Part shown: positions 1 to 14,252 of the stretch, one piece after another
Layout of the letters: every line of letters begins with the position of its first letter
Numbering within the stretch: position 1 is the stretch's first letter
From: Ylistrum balloti
Lineage: Eukaryota
Direction: 5' to 3'
Length of the DNA stretch: 64,000 nucleotides
Assembly: GCF_031769215.1 (NCBI RefSeq)
Contig: NW_026782542.1
Span: 434,001 to 498,000 of the forward strand
Notes under the pieces: model-generated
What the model was told of the DNA's origin: nothing
Database searches by the model: none
The model's input: only the letters and a program-made list of their open reading frames with translations
Position numbers and translations under genes: made by a program

Positions 1-290
1 TACTTTTTTTTTCTAATTTCTAATTTGCCAGGTCGATACTTATGTCTTATCATTGAAACACACCAGAAATCGTGATAACAGAGCTGCGGAACCGAAACTT
101 ATCGATACGATAAGCACGATATTGATTTTAATGTTTTGCAATGGAATGTTATAATTATTTCATCGGGAGCTATTTTATTTCTCTATGTAATAAGAGACTG
201 GACGTGCCTGTTGCTTATTAATATACCTTTTGGGTCCTTTATTGTTTATAGTGTCCCCATTCAGCAGCATGACATTCCTTACTTGTCAAA

Positions 291-348
291 GGTTTACATG
301 GCGGGTATCGTCGATGAAGCAGAAGACGCTTACTCTTACTGAACACCT
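291..348 (+). mobile_element. 3' conserved motif of a Naiad-like Penelope element (solo copy 1)
   Basis: GGTTTACATGGCGGGTATCGTCGATGAAGCAGAAGACGCTTACTCTTACTGAACACC aligns by eye with the sequence ~70 nt downstream of the RT remnant (25036-25092) and with copies at 32626, 38067 and 53667. Confidence 0.7.
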
Positions 349-2664
349 TTTCTTATTCTACTTTAATTTAGTCTCTATGTAAATATTACCTTTCTTCATA
401 CATGTAGGTAATTCATTTGTTGATTTTGTATAAAAAGGAAGACTAATATAAGAATATTATAATATAGAAGACATATACATGTTCTTTAGATAAAGTCATA
501 CTGACCTAAGCAATGGCCAGATATATTTACTCTTGAAAACCATCGATACCAAAGAAGCACTTCCGACAAGAATAATTGCTTGACATTTGAAAACGTTTGA
601 AAAAATCTCGAAAATTAATTTCTCTTTCTTATGAGAAGAACTTCAACTTTTGACCTTCGGATCTGATAAGTATTTCCAAGGAAGCGTTTTGGGAAAGAAA
701 TCGATGAATGAAGCTGGAATGGTAAAGTTCATAAGAAATTAGAATTTCCCTCCGAAAAATAATTCTGTAGCTTATATTTGGAATTCGACCTTTTGTTGAG
801 CAGGCCCGAAAGGCTGCATCAACCGAGCCCTTTCTCTCAGAGATGCTATTGCATGAAAGTCAATACCTGTATAAAGGACACGGGTTTGATAAAAAATTTC
901 CAAAGGAACGGCCCAGTATAATGTAAATACGGATCGAATTCATTCGTGCCAAGCCCGTGTAGTTTTTAGTAACAATGGTTTTCAGTCTGAAAATCCACAA
1001 TAGATGGTTTTCATCTGTTTGTCATGCCCTTTATTCTCATCAAGTACAAAGAACGGATATGCATGTAGTACTTGAGATCAGGTTTACGATTGTGTCCTTA
1101 TCTGCTACAATTAATATTGTCGGTGTCCTTGTTTTATACATGTATGCACCTCTTACTGTATCAGTAAAAATTAGAATTTCCTCAGTAGCCTCGTAGGTTT
1201 TAAAATACAAAATTCAAAATGAAGATGTTGTAGTAATAGAATTATGAGATCAATTCGATTAAATAAAGAAATAGAAACAAATTTTTTTAAAATCTTTAGG
1301 AACAGAATTCCGCCGTGACCTTGAACGTTGTCACGATATTTGAACCATCACGCGAGAACCAAACCTGACAATAATTTGTAACTAGATACGGAGTGAATTA
1401 CAGAGCGTGTAATTTGATCTTCATCTCTTTTCTGATTACAGATTCCAGAAAAGGAAAAAATACATTTACTTATAAATAACGCATGAATGACTTAAAAACA
1501 TTCGCCGAGGTCGAGTTAAAGTTGTAAAATCATTTGATGATCTCCATAGTTGCTCCAGGTATATTGAATCCCGATGTCTCTAAACGTTCGACTGACTCCA
1601 TCAGCAATGTAACACGCCTTTGTAAATTCCAATTCCAGTACAGTGATTGCTTACAAATTTCTGTCTATTTGTTTCGTTTCTTTTCTATTTGGAATTTTTG
1701 CATTACCGAATTACTTGGTTAATTCTGTTTGTCGACTGCGTGGAGAAATAAGTGAAAACGTCGACTTTGCAGAATATACCGCAGTATCCTGTCAATCAGT
1801 CGTCGCATTCAAACTGACTGAAATTAACATCCGAGTTTTGATTGAACAATTTACGTAATAAAATTATCACCATGGCAATGCCCTATAACTTAAATTTCGG
1901 GAACGCCTGTCAGTTTCGACCTACAATGGAAAATGAATACTGGACTGATATCTCGCGGAAGTAAATTATTGTTTTGTGTTTTTCTTAAATCCTAGCAGAT
2001 TCGATCACATATGAGTTTAGCTGATTGAAGGCATGTCCAGGAATAAATTAATTTTAACCTGCGAACTTCAATCATCAGCTAAGCAAACAGGAGAGACCGA
2101 TACGCAAAGAAGTGTCGTATTAATAATGAATTTCGTGGAAATTGATAAACATCAGTGCTGTTATAGTAATCCACATATTTATTCCCAAGCTATGGTAAGA
2201 GGCATCCCACCAAGTAAAATTCACGAAGCTCAATACCAAATAGAATCATTGTCACGACTCTACTTCAAAATTAATGAAATTCCTGCAGATATTTAAACTA
2301 AGTGTCATTGTTGATTTAGCAGAAAAATGAAAACATCTGCTTTATTATTCCGAAATCAGTCAGGGATCAGGGTATGCTTAATCGTTGATGGAATTGAAAT
2401 ATTCTCCTTATGTGTCATGATAATGACTAACTGTCACGGTTAAAACTGTTCACTATAGAAGCATTGAAATATTAATAGAAAAATACGAATTATCAGCAGC
2501 ATCATTGGTACCGTTGTAGAAATAGCTTCTGAAATTGATGCGGGATTCACTGTCGTCAGAGTAGAGTCAATGTTCATCCCTGAGTGACTTTTATGGAATA
2601 AGTTTCGATGGTGATCCGTGAGCGACTGTTGTGGAAACAGGTTCGATTATGATCATTAAGTTAT

Positions 2665-3246
2665 TGTCGTGGGATGAGGTCCGGTGGTTAGCCGGGAGCG
2701 ACTGTCGTGGGATCAGATCCGGTAGTTATCCGGGAGCGACTGTCATTGGATCAGGTCCGGTGGTAATCCGGGAGCTACTGTCGTGGGATCAGGTCTGGTT
2801 GTTATCCGGGAGCGACTGTCGTGGGATCAGATCCGATGGTTATCCGTGAACGACTGTAATGGGATCAGGTCCGGTGGCTATCCGGGGACGACTGTCATCG
2901 TATCAGGTCCGGTGGTTATCCGGGAGCTACTGTCGTGGGATCAGGTCTGGTTGTTATCCGGGAGCGACTGTCGTGGGATCAGATCCGGTGGTTATTCGGG
3001 AGCGACTGTCGTGGGATCAGATTCGGTTATTATCCGTGAACGACTGTCATGGGATCAGGTCCGGTGGTTATCCGGGAACGACTGTCATTGGATCAGGTCT
3101 GGTTGTTATCCAGGAGCGACTGTCGTGAGATCAGATCCTGGTGGTTATTCGGGAGCAATTGTCGTGGGATCAGGTCTGGTTGTTATCCGGGGGATACTGT
3201 CATTGAATCAGGTCCGGTGGGTATCCGGGAGCGACCGTCATTGGAT
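2665..3246. repeat. 38-bp GC-rich minisatellite, ~15 copies
   Basis: Unit GGGATCAGGTCCGGTGGTTATCCGGGAGCGACTGTCGT in direct tandem with no spacers. The 38-bp period shifts frame every unit, which explains the overlapping ORFs in the track. Confidence 0.95.
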
Positions 3247-3376
3247 AAGTTATGATCTCCGTTGCAGATACTATTGTAAAAAAAATATAAAATGTAATTC
3301 GGGCACGACCACTGTTGGTTGGTCCGTTCATCGGACCCAGGGATTTGACCTTCTTTTATGAAAGATGATACGAGAG

Positions 3377-3468
3377 GAGACCGTCGGTGGTTGTGCAACG
3401 TTCCATAATGATACGGGCAAAAGACCGTCGGTAGTTGTACGTTCCATAGTGAAACGGAGAGAGAGACC
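3377..3468. repeat. short ~45-bp tandem duplication
   Basis: AGACCGTCGGTGGTTGTGCAACGTTCCATAATGATACGG followed by AGACCGTCGGTAGTTGTACGTTCCATAGTGAAACGG. Confidence 0.7.
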
Positions 3469-4980
3469 ATTTAGGGAAATGGCTCGATCAAGATGGGGAC
3501 ACGGTCCGATTTTGTCACATGGAATTAACAAAACACGTTAACCATTTGAAAAAAACTTCATTGTTGTCATACACATTATAAAGAAAGGCACTGACAAATT
3601 TCATTTTGGATCTTTCTAATCTCGATTTGGCTTTCAAATATCGTCCATGTATTGTGAATGTCATGTACCAAAATATATAAGATTTCGCTACTTGAGCACA
3701 TATATCAATAATCAAACGGAAGGGAATGATCCATTGAAAGTACACTGATCATTTTGCGTTAACCAATCAACAGCATTTGTCATGAAATTCACATTTGTAC
3801 CTAACTCTGTTCTGTTGAAAACTTGACGTTACGTAATTATACCTTAGCTCTTGAACATGTGACAATACCAAGTCGAACAAATTGCTGACACTTCCATGAA
3901 ATGCACGCGCCGTTCCCTGTGAGACTAATCACTGTCATCACAAAGTGCAGTAGTCACTTTTAAAAGTTTGCAACTAACCTGGTTTATCGATATGCTGATC
4001 TCTGCTTGATCCAACAAATATAATTGAACGGAAAAATACAAGTCGACACGCAAATAAAATGAAATTCATCCCTGCGAAACAAAACTGAACCCATTGATAA
4101 GTGTTGTAGTCTAAAGAGGGGTTTTCGGATACTAATTATTTTGATTAGGAGTTTTTAGTAACTGATTTAATTAACTATTAATTTAATTAATTAACTGATG
4201 AATTTCAAAGAGTACTTATGCTATCGAGGACTATTGGGTAACATATAATTTTTAAACATTTTGTAAAATAAACAACACAAATATAACTAGAGTTTTGGAT
4301 AACCGATGTATAATTAAACGTTAAAACTGTAAATCTGGATTACTATTCTGTCGTGTTGTTACCGTGGTTATTTGATAATTGTCATGGTAGCATATTTAAA
4401 TTGGTGAAAGAGTTCGGTTTTTATCGTTTGGTGTTCTTACATAATTAGAATAATACTTGCGACTTTGCAACGCGCCGTAATCCATTCATCATGCTTATTC
4501 AGATCGGACCTGGGTTAAGAACTTTAGTGGATTAAGCTCAAGTCCTACTTTAAACCAATCAAGTAACATATGTAGTAATGATATCAAAGATATATGATCT
4601 AGTTAAAAGTACATGTACATAGTCACACGGCTACCTGTCACATGTAAATGAAAAAAGGGTTTCCGGTAGGATGCCCTATCACATTGAACCATCAAACGGA
4701 TATATGCATATGTCGGTTGTGAAATGAACTAGTAATGTCGTGCAAAACCGGGAGAAATCACACATGGATTATTCCCTCGACAGAACATATAATAAAATGT
4801 ATATCTACACGATACAAGACGTAGAAAGCTAATTTGGCTACACCAGCCTCGTAAATCTGCTGCTTAAAATCCTCGCTAGTCATATTGTGGAGCTTCTTCT
4901 AATACTCAAAGTCCATTCATTAAGAACACTTCGAAACTACATGAATTGTTTTTATCTTTACAAACGTCCTCTTGCTACAG

Positions 4981-5213
4981 ATTCCGGTGCCGTCAGAGTC
5001 AATTATTCGACACTTGATAGACCTTCAGTTACACGGACCTTCATATGCGACATACTTATATATGGCGGCAATCCAAGAGAAGGAACCGAATGGCGGGTCT
5101 ACTCAGACTTCAATATCCGGAAAAGCAAATGGCTGACCGATAATGACCAGCTCAGACAGGCGGACAGGCCAATGTATATGGATCTAGATTGGCCGGACAG
5201 GCGTGGACATTAA
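4981..5213 (+). other. candidate terminal coding exon, product unknown
   Basis: Polypyrimidine tract ending cttgctacag| at 4980, then an open frame DSGAVRVNYSTLDRPSVTRTFICDILIYGG...WPDRRGH* with locally raised GC. No family recognised and no upstream exon found. Confidence 0.3.
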
Positions 5214-8200
5214 AATGTGTGAACGGAGTATTAATACTGCAGACTGTGTTTGTTTTGTCTGGGACGATTCCATTTAGTACCTCGACCGAAAGTAGATTGA
5301 TCCATACCTTGCAGATTCCTTTAATACCAATACATACTAAATATGTATGTTTTAGCGGCCATATTTCTTCTGGTATCCTTTGTAGTAAGAAAGATGACAG
5401 AAAATCATTTTCTTACCGAAATTTATGTACGATACATTTTCGCCCAAGGTTTCTCGCCCCTTCTAATAAATCTGCTCATTTTCGACCGGTATTAGATTCC
5501 TAAAAAAAAGTAAAACATTTCAACTTGTGAGCTAAAGTTTCATGTTGAAGCTATTTTCGCCTTCTTGGCGAAAGGACAAAACGGCCAACAGTTTCCCCTT
5601 ATTCGTACATAGAATAGATTCTTTTAACTTAAACTTCGCTTTGTTTGTATACCAGACTCTGAGGTGACATTTGCTGATTGAATTTGTGTTTTAGATTATA
5701 CTTATCTTCAATAAATATGAAACAAATATCAAAAGGTGAATAGCAAGAAACATTGTCCAAACTTTCTCGTTAAAAGCCATTGTCACCTTATATTTTGCCT
5801 TGCTGATTTATCTGTCCCTCGTGAACAAATCACGTGAGAGAACTGCACTTAACACATAATGCGACAACATAACATTTCATTTGTACATAATATTGGCTTG
5901 TCGGTCTGACTTCAGTCTGGAAAAGATCAACATTCTAGTTAACGCTACTGATCACGTGACGTGTGCAAAAATCAAGGGAGAGAGAAGTCGGTAAGGCAGA
6001 ATGTTGAGTGGCAATAATTTTTCAATACAGCAGTGATATCTTTTTATAAACTTTCTTAAGTGTGTGGAAAGATCCTTCAAAAACTCATTAAACACATCTC
6101 TTATATGATATACTTTGACTTTTATGTTCTTAATGACATTTGCCTTACCTTATTCCATGACTTCTTAGTGTGAATGGCACATATCATGTTAATGTTGCCC
6201 AAAATAGCTGTTGGTAACTTGAGCACGTTCTTTACTGAGGAAGACGATATGTATCTACAAATTAATCGCAATTCACAGCATGTTTATGAAGAACGACACC
6301 TAAATAAGATATACTGCGGGTGAAATCATGAACGCGACGAAAACTATCAATGAAAATGTTATTGGGTTTTGTGATTATGCTTTCTAACCTGATGATACAG
6401 CCTTGAGGAGAAGCTTTAAGCATTTCTGGGATTAATAACTGTTGTTTCCATATGAGAATAAATTGATTGGGAACAATTTGTCGGTGGCATTACAGATAAG
6501 ATTTCCTCTTGATGTATCGTTGATGTATTGTCTGTAAACTTGTATTTGAAATATCATCTAGCATAACTTTCTAAATATGGGGGCAAGGACGGTTGTTCTA
6601 TATTACGTTAGGCACGTTGATTGACGACGTAACGATTTCATTCAGACATGCATGTCATATATATATAAGAAGTACGATGTCCGTTGTTGCATTCTTTGTT
6701 GCCCATTTCCAAATTTGGGAGCTTACATAATTGGATCTTGATTTGAATGGCATCTTTGTGAAATAAGATAAATATTGTCTTAAAACGTTGCTTCAGACCT
6801 CGATTTTCTGTTGCAGGCGTCATAAGTATGTTTTTTTTATAGCACTCTTGAATACCCCGCGTAAGTTCAAGATGAAGCAAAGTGTGGAAAAAATTGTGTC
6901 ATGGGCAAATTGGATCAACGGAGGTATTTCATTTTCTTGAAAAACACCTCGTATGATTTCAGTATATGCTCTGAAAACATTTTAGAAGGAAAATAAATGC
7001 ACACTCATGCTCCGTTTAATCCTGTTTTTATACTAGACGTTCAGAAAAGTGGTATTTTTTAATTCTAGGTTATCAGGGTACTGAGGTCATTGTGACCATA
7101 GAAGAAGAAAGAGTTAGTTGGTTTATATGAAATTAAAACAAAGCGAATGACTAACCGCTTTGTCATGATATATCTGGCTTCCAAAGAAATATGCTTTACG
7201 TTGTTAGCATTAATGCCTTGAAGATGACTTTGTTTGTGCGCATTGTGGTACAACCGGAAACTGACTCCCTGTGAGACATGACCTGCAAGTATCTTTATGG
7301 ATGTTTTAGAAGCTTAGAGTGTAATCTATCAAAGTATATTAAACTATTAGGTGTGCCGGACCGAAAGAACGGATATAACCCAGAGATAATATCCTTTTTA
7401 TATACCAGAAGTATTGATTTTTTAAATTATTTATTTATCCTTACAAGCTCTTCAAACATTTTCTGGCGAAGGAAGTGTAACTTGATGACCTAAGACAATA
7501 TACTAAGCGAACACTTGTACCTAGAACATACCTACATCATTGTGTCATACCTCTCTTCCATGTAGTGCAACTGAGAGTTCAATGTATTACATGCCTCGCA
7601 AGGAGGCCAAGTAGCTTGTAATGTTAGTGTATCATATCAGATCTAAGGACTTAATCCTGAATATTGAGGCCATATTGTGAATCTCTATGTGAGATACCTG
7701 TACATACTGATGCAGACAAAAATGGCGAAACGTAAAAACATTAACACACACTGTTGAGAGAAGACCGATTTCCGACAACCTTAACAGTTACCAGTCATGG
7801 TACATCGTGTACGGTTTCCTGTTTAGAGCCCATACCTTTCACTGCGCATGCGTTGTGATACAAGCGGAAGCTGTTTTCCTGTGAGACATGACCTATAGTA
7901 AGATTTCTGACATATCTACTTAAGGTTCTGATTCCGTAAATTTGAAATGCCTACAGACGCTTGACTTTTAAGGGAAACTTGCACTCTATCATAGTTTAGA
8001 TTTTTCAATCATGCTGTTCTGACCAATAAAAGTCGTAAGTCCAAGTCGATATGACGTTTGCAAGTGGTCACCGATACATAAGTACATGTATTTACATTTC
8101 CATCTAAATTCTCCGTGTTTTTGTTCTATTTTTGCTTTTCATGTTGTTTTCCATGTTATTTCGATGTCACAATCTATAATCACAACAAATATATTTAATG

Positions 8201-8243
8201 ATCAAGATTGTATTGATTGTTGAATAAATGGTCTACAATGGAT

Positions 8244-9755
8244 ATTGTTATTATTATTATTGCATTCTTAACGGCCCATTAACACATAAAAGGTCATTAG
8301 GGCCACCAACCGGTAAAACACACAGCGATCCAAAAGGAAATAACATTAAACAAACCAAAAGATAAAAGACAAATGCTAAAAAATACGGGTATATCAATAC
8401 AAAAGATTAAAATGGTACGTCATAGACACTCAAATAGACCAACATATTTCAGGTAATGTAGAATTTTACAAATATCAACAGTTTCAAAAGGGGGTTTTAG
8501 GCATGTAATGTTACGATAAAAACATTCTCGAGTAGACAGAAGATCAATGCAGTCCAATGAAAAATGTTTAACATCCTATGCACAGAGGATTATCTTCGCC
8601 TCTCAACAGATATGAATGTGTAAGGTATGTATGACCCATCCGAAGACGGACAAGGACAACTTCCTCTCGGGTGGTTGTCTCTCTAGCATGGAAACCATTC
8701 ATCGATATTAGGTTTTACGGAGTGCGATTTATCATTGGTATATGTATCCATTCCTCCTGCCACTAAGCTGTTAACTATTTTTTAATAAATGGTTTAAAAT
8801 CGGTAAAATGGAGTTAAAAAAAACAACAGATGGTAGCGATAAAGCTTTCTTTGCGGCACGACCTGCTTTATCATTGCCTAGTATTCCCATGTGCACAGGA
8901 AACCTGCAAAGCAATACGAAAGTAAAAGGCAAGTTCGTGATATAGTATTAATGTATTATGAATGAATTTGTTTTTCGATATTTCTATTGTTAAGACTTTG
9001 TAGTACAGAAAGAGAGTATGAATAGATTACAGCTCTCATTACTTTGTTCGACTGAATACACTCAAGGGCGTTTCCGCCGAGAATATTTGGGCGTGGTTCG
9101 GTAGCCGGCATCCATAGGCTTCATCTTGTGTAACCATGGCCGCGGCAACCTTATCATTATCTTTAGAACCATCAGTATATAAAAGTAGAAATTTTCATAT
9201 TTTAACTCCAATTTCGCGAAGGATGATCGAAAGGTGTAACTGTCAGTGTCTGATTTAACTATTCCATGAAATGAAACGTCAACTTCAGGTGAGCCAGGGT
9301 GTAATTTCCTTAGTTCAAATGACTGAATTTGGTTAATATCAATCTTTGTGCTTTGTAAAAGAGCGGAAATCCGAATACCGAATGGTGGAATGGTGTTTGG
9401 TTTGTTTTGAAACAAGGTTTTATTTTTTGGATCAAATGTTAGTGAAAAAGCAGGATTTGAAGGCTTTGACATTAGCTGAATGGTGTATTGCAAAGCCATT
9501 TTATTTCGACGACTATATAGTGATGGTTCGTAAGCCTCTACACAGAGACCTGCTGTAGTTGAGAGCGAGCCTTAGACCCTGGTGATGAACAGTGTCTAAT
9601 AATTTGAGATATGAAGGTCTAGCAGATCCATACACAATGGAACGGTAGTCTAATTTTGATCTAATAAGAGCTCTATAAAATCTTAGCAAAACTTTTCTAT
9701 CAGCTCCCTAACCGGTGGGGGAAACAACCTTCAGAATATTCGGTGACAGCTTTTA
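8244..9755 (-). mobile_element. I-group non-LTR retrotransposon (LINE), 5'-truncated ~1.5-kb 3' fragment: RT C-terminal region, RNase H and Cys/His tail, decayed
   Basis: Minus-strand translation gives GADRKVLLRFYRALIRSKLDYRSIVYGSARPSYLKLLDTVHHQGLRLAL, ALQYTIQLMSKPSNPAF, an RNase H start read across a frameshift (YTDGSKDNDKVAAAMV) and REEVVLVRLRMGHTYLTHSYLL. It ends in GGGCCGTTAAGAATGC(AAT)n. Confidence 0.92.
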
Positions 9756-12700
9756 ATACATCGTGACACACAATTATCATATGATATTGTTGTCTTCTTG
9801 ATGTCATCCACAGGAATTAAACGATCATTATTTGAAGCTTAGTGACTACACAGCAAGTGTGCCGTTATGTTAAGCCAATAAAACTTTACTTCATATGACT
9901 TTGAAGCGAATTTGCTTAGTCCACTGGACGTTTGGCGTCAGATTGTTTTTGGTCGCAATGCACATTGAGAGTAAACAAGACTCATTGTGAGAATCGCAAT
10001 GAAAACAAAGGAAATCTGTTATCATCTTGAATTATACATTGACTTGTTCCGTTGTTACAGACGCACAAAATGATACACAAACAACGATTCCTGTTGGTGG
10101 GCCGGAAGTAGGAACACTTTGAATAGCGAACATCGATATATCACGTCGCTTATCTTGTTTATAAAAGGAGTCACTAAGATGGGCCGTACATTTTCCGAGT
10201 TCGTTATATGTGAAATCAATGATTTCATGTACCAGTTAATGAAAGGTCTTTAGTTGTTAAAATACTTATTCACTGGCGATATACAACATGACATAGTCAT
10301 GTTTCAGCTGTTGGACGTACAGTTGAAATCACATAAAACTACTGAAAATATTTAATATTTGTCCCTTTACCTTTTTACCACGTTGCGTCACGTAGCTAAT
10401 GCGCTATTTTGAATATATAACTAATATTTTCCGTATTTCAATGTCATTTTAATAGAAACAGTTATTGTCTCTCTTAATTCAGTGAAACTACATATGATCC
10501 ATGCACTTCCGTTGGCTGAGCTTCTCGATTATTGCTTGTTGTTGAAATGACAAGATATACATTTTGGGATCAAGGTATGCATGTAAGGACATATTCTAAA
10601 GTATTCACACTGACGTAATTAGTAGAACTTCGTGCAAGTCGGGAAAGTAAACAGTATTTCGAACAGTGTGAAAACATTTGTGAAGATCCGAAGATCTCGC
10701 CTTAAATAGACTTTCTACGGGTCTAAATAACTTGAGATGAAATATTGTACAACATAACCTTTGATCTGGAACTCTTACTGCCGTTAATTAGCATTAAGTG
10801 AAGGCTACATCCCATAGTTTTATCTCCTCCGAGGAAAGCATACAATTATATTACACGATCTTATCTCTCAAGACATATGCGCATCCAGGGTCCTTGATAT
10901 TTCCGAAAGGACACATCCTATATCCAGTATTCCAGACAGAATTCCAAAAGGGCATGGTACATCTGTCCTATTTCTGAGAGACATTAAATGTAGAAATGAC
11001 ATTAAGGAAATGCTATGATGAAACTATAGTGTTTAATGCTTTTTGTTTCCAATTTTGGTGTTTTGGAGGCCTTTACCATTATAAAGGAACTTTTAATACT
11101 GGATTTCAGAGAGGCAAATTATGGGTGAAGTGTACATATATATAGATCTTTTTTGTACGTATTCTAGGCAAAAAACATTTGAAATAAGAAAAGTTCGTCT
11201 TTCGCAAAAACAAAATAATTCCTACGTGGTTGACCAAATATGACCTCCCTCTCTCAATTTAGATATTCTTTTTATTTCATCTTCTACGTGTCTTCGCCGT
11301 GGTGAGCGCACATCTGCATCTAGCCACACAATGATACTCACGATCATACAAATATTCCCCTTATAATAGCGCCATGATACATTCATTAGTAATCTCGAGA
11401 ACACAGCCACCATACATAAATGTATTTGATTTCCCTGGATTCCAATACCGTCGTCACAATCACGTGTTTTTGCGCCGTTAACATTTATTTTAATATCGGC
11501 CCTAAACACACTGACTAACACAGCTAAACACGAGTTCTAGCACGAATTTAAACATATATGTATAATGATGAGTCATTTGTAAATAAAGAAGAACGTTTTT
11601 CTTTGAATTTTTCACTGGTTTGTCAATTATCAAATAAACCTTGTATAGATGTACACTAAAAATAATTGTATCAGGGTCAATTTGATGAAAATAGATAGCA
11701 GAGTACGATAATACCAAAACACGGTGTATTGTATAATCACGGGTAAAACAAGAATGAGTAGACCGGGGTTGTGTGACGCCTTCTGAGTAGTCTTGATTCA
11801 TCTTCATTCCGTTACATGTAGTTTTCCCGGGTTTCCGTCTCTTATTGAAGTCGTCACTTTATAGAAGAAACAGAGATGACCTTCAGTGTTAAACCGGTTA
11901 TTTGGAAAGTAGGTTATGTAAAAAAACCAAAAAAGTAGGAGAAGGCAGGAAATAGGGATGTATCCCTATGGCGTCCTGAAGATTCTCCGGTGTCATTTGA
12001 TTGAAGTTTATGGAGATAGGAGATGTCTCCAGAGTACCAACTACCAATTTAGATACAAGGTATATATTTTTTCCTGGTTGTTATTCTCAGTTCTTCGTTG
12101 AATGAAAAGAGGAAGGCTGTGACGATTATATATCCATTTAATTCCAGCTTTTTATACGCGACAGATTGCTAACAGATTGTACAAGGTATTGATTAAAATG
12201 AGAAGATGGCGTCATATATCGAGCGAATGTCACGTGACGTATCGTGTACTGTTAAAATAATTTTTTTCAAATGCTCAATATTTTGCGGTTTCGCCAAAAC
12301 CTTTAGATAAAAAATAATGAAAACGGCCTTTTATTTTATTTTCGAGTGGTCTTTATTTTGCGGTTTTATTCTATCCTCGACGATAACAAAAATTTAATCC
12401 ATCAGAAAATCAGATCACGTGACATGAGATGTATAGGGTTATAGTTGTAAAAGGGTCGGCTCAAATCATTTCAATTCATTGTGTCTCCCTTGTTGATTAA
12501 TACATGAGGTTCATGTACCAGTTTACAAATGCAAATGATAAAATAGAATGTTAAAGATAAACGCAGAGTTACCATTACATATACGTGAATACAGGATAAC
12601 ATGTATCTGGGTGAAATGATGTTAAAAGCATCTATGCACTGTTTTATCAATGACTTGTTAAAGAAGAATTATTACAGACAGCATACACGTTGAAAAAAGG

Positions 12701-13084
12701 AATTTGTATGTTGTGATTATCTAAATTTCGTAAGTGATAATTCGAAAAATCTCAAACTCTAGAAGGCAACAGAGAAGATATTCCATAGCATTTTCGACTT
12801 GAATATTTCAAAACATGGTTAATTTTCTGTTTCTGTTTCGTCTTTGTTCCAGATATTGCCAAACAGTTCATCATGAATACAACTTTTCTAGCAAAGATTG
12901 GTAGTCCAGTCATAATGCATGTTACCTCATACTAAACATGTTCTGGAATTTGTACATTTACAATTTCACATTTATCTGAGCATCTGCATACATATTGCAG
13001 TAAGGGGTGTATATAAACCCTCGTTTTGTGCATATATCAGTTAAGGTAGATTTAATATATATACTAAATGTTGATATCAATACT

Positions 13085-13478
13085 ACAGTTTTATTCATAT
13101 ATGTTGAAAGGCGAAGATAATCCTCAAGGCATAAGATGTAATGAGTCATTCACCATTAAACATTTTTTATTGGACTGCATTGACCTTCTGTCTACTCGGA
13201 AATTTTATTATCATAACGTTCCATGTCTAAAGACCCTTTTTGAAACTGTTGAGATTTGTAAAATTCCAGGTTATCCGATGTTGGTCTAAATAATAGACTA
13301 CGACGTACTATTTTAATCTTTCGTGGTAATATAACCATTTAAGATTTTAGCATTTGTCTTTTGCCTTTTAGTTTGTTTGATATCTTTTCCTTTTTGAATC
13401 GCAGTGTGTTTTACTGGTTGATGATCTTAGTGACATTTTATGTGTCGACGGGCCGTTAAGAATGTAATGATAATAATC
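13085..13478 (+). mobile_element. I-group LINE 3' end (same family)
   Basis: YMLKGEDNPQGIRCNESFTIKHFLLDCIDLLSTR, then the shared 3' UTR ending GGGCCGTTAAGAATGTAATGATAATAAT. Confidence 0.9.
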
Positions 13479-14252
13479 ATAGTTTTTATCATTGATGTTA
13501 TAAACACCAAGATGTCTGTGACGATCTACAATAGTTTCAATAGTGGTGTCACATTGTGACTCAGGATTAGTATGAAAATCAATGTTAGAAGCAATGCTTT
13601 AGTTTATTGGGGGTTTAAAATTTACAAGCCACTATTTAAACCATATATTCAGCTCTGTGTACAATCCGTCAGTATTAAAGATGTTTTTGGATAAATGACC
13701 AACAGTGGTATCATCGGCCAACTCTCATTTTCGAAAAGCATTTGAAATATCTTCTGTGGAAGTTAAGAGAAAAAAGATTTCCCAAGGGTAGAAACCTGGT
13801 AACACAAGATTTCACGTTTGCTTTAAACGATTGTATGGTATTTAGAACGAGCTACTTTCTATAAAGTGAATAGCTTTTCAGTAATTATAGAAATTTGCCT
13901 AGAATATCATATCTATCAAGATTTAATAATAAGTCTATGTGCAAAACAGGATCATATGCTTTAGAAAAAAGTCACACAAAATCAATACTGAAAGTTTCAT
14001 GTTCTTTAAAAGTCATCAGTAAACTGTGAAATAATTCGATAAACTATACAGTTGTGGAATGGTTGGGTAAAACTCCTGACTATAGTTAGTTCAGGCGATC
14101 ATTATTTACAAGATGATTGTAAATAAATTAAATGACTTCCTCAAGAAGTTTTCATACATAGCTGAGTAAAGATTAAGGTCTATATGTTTTTCAGCTGACT
14201 CAGTTTCACCCTTTTTGAAAAAGTGTCGCAACAAGCACAAGTTACCACATAC

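Noticed and set aside
794-822. GNRA-capped hairpin GTTGAGCAGGCCCGAAAGGCTGCATCAAC
   Set aside because: A single short hairpin with no second copy or recognisable RNA family context.
2665-3246. CRISPR array or G/S/R-rich protein ORFs
   Set aside because: The units are contiguous with no unique spacers, there are no cas genes, and the 38-bp period breaks the frame in every unit.
7254-7900. Direct repeat CCTGTGAGACATGACCT at ~7268 and ~7878 as LTRs
   Set aside because: Only ~17-35 bp of similarity, no TG...CA ends, PBS or internal coding. More likely fragments of a dispersed repeat.
11300-11420. Kunitz-like FMYGGC on the minus strand
   Set aside because: The other Kunitz cysteines and the GN.N.F pattern are missing, and the frame is closed nearby.
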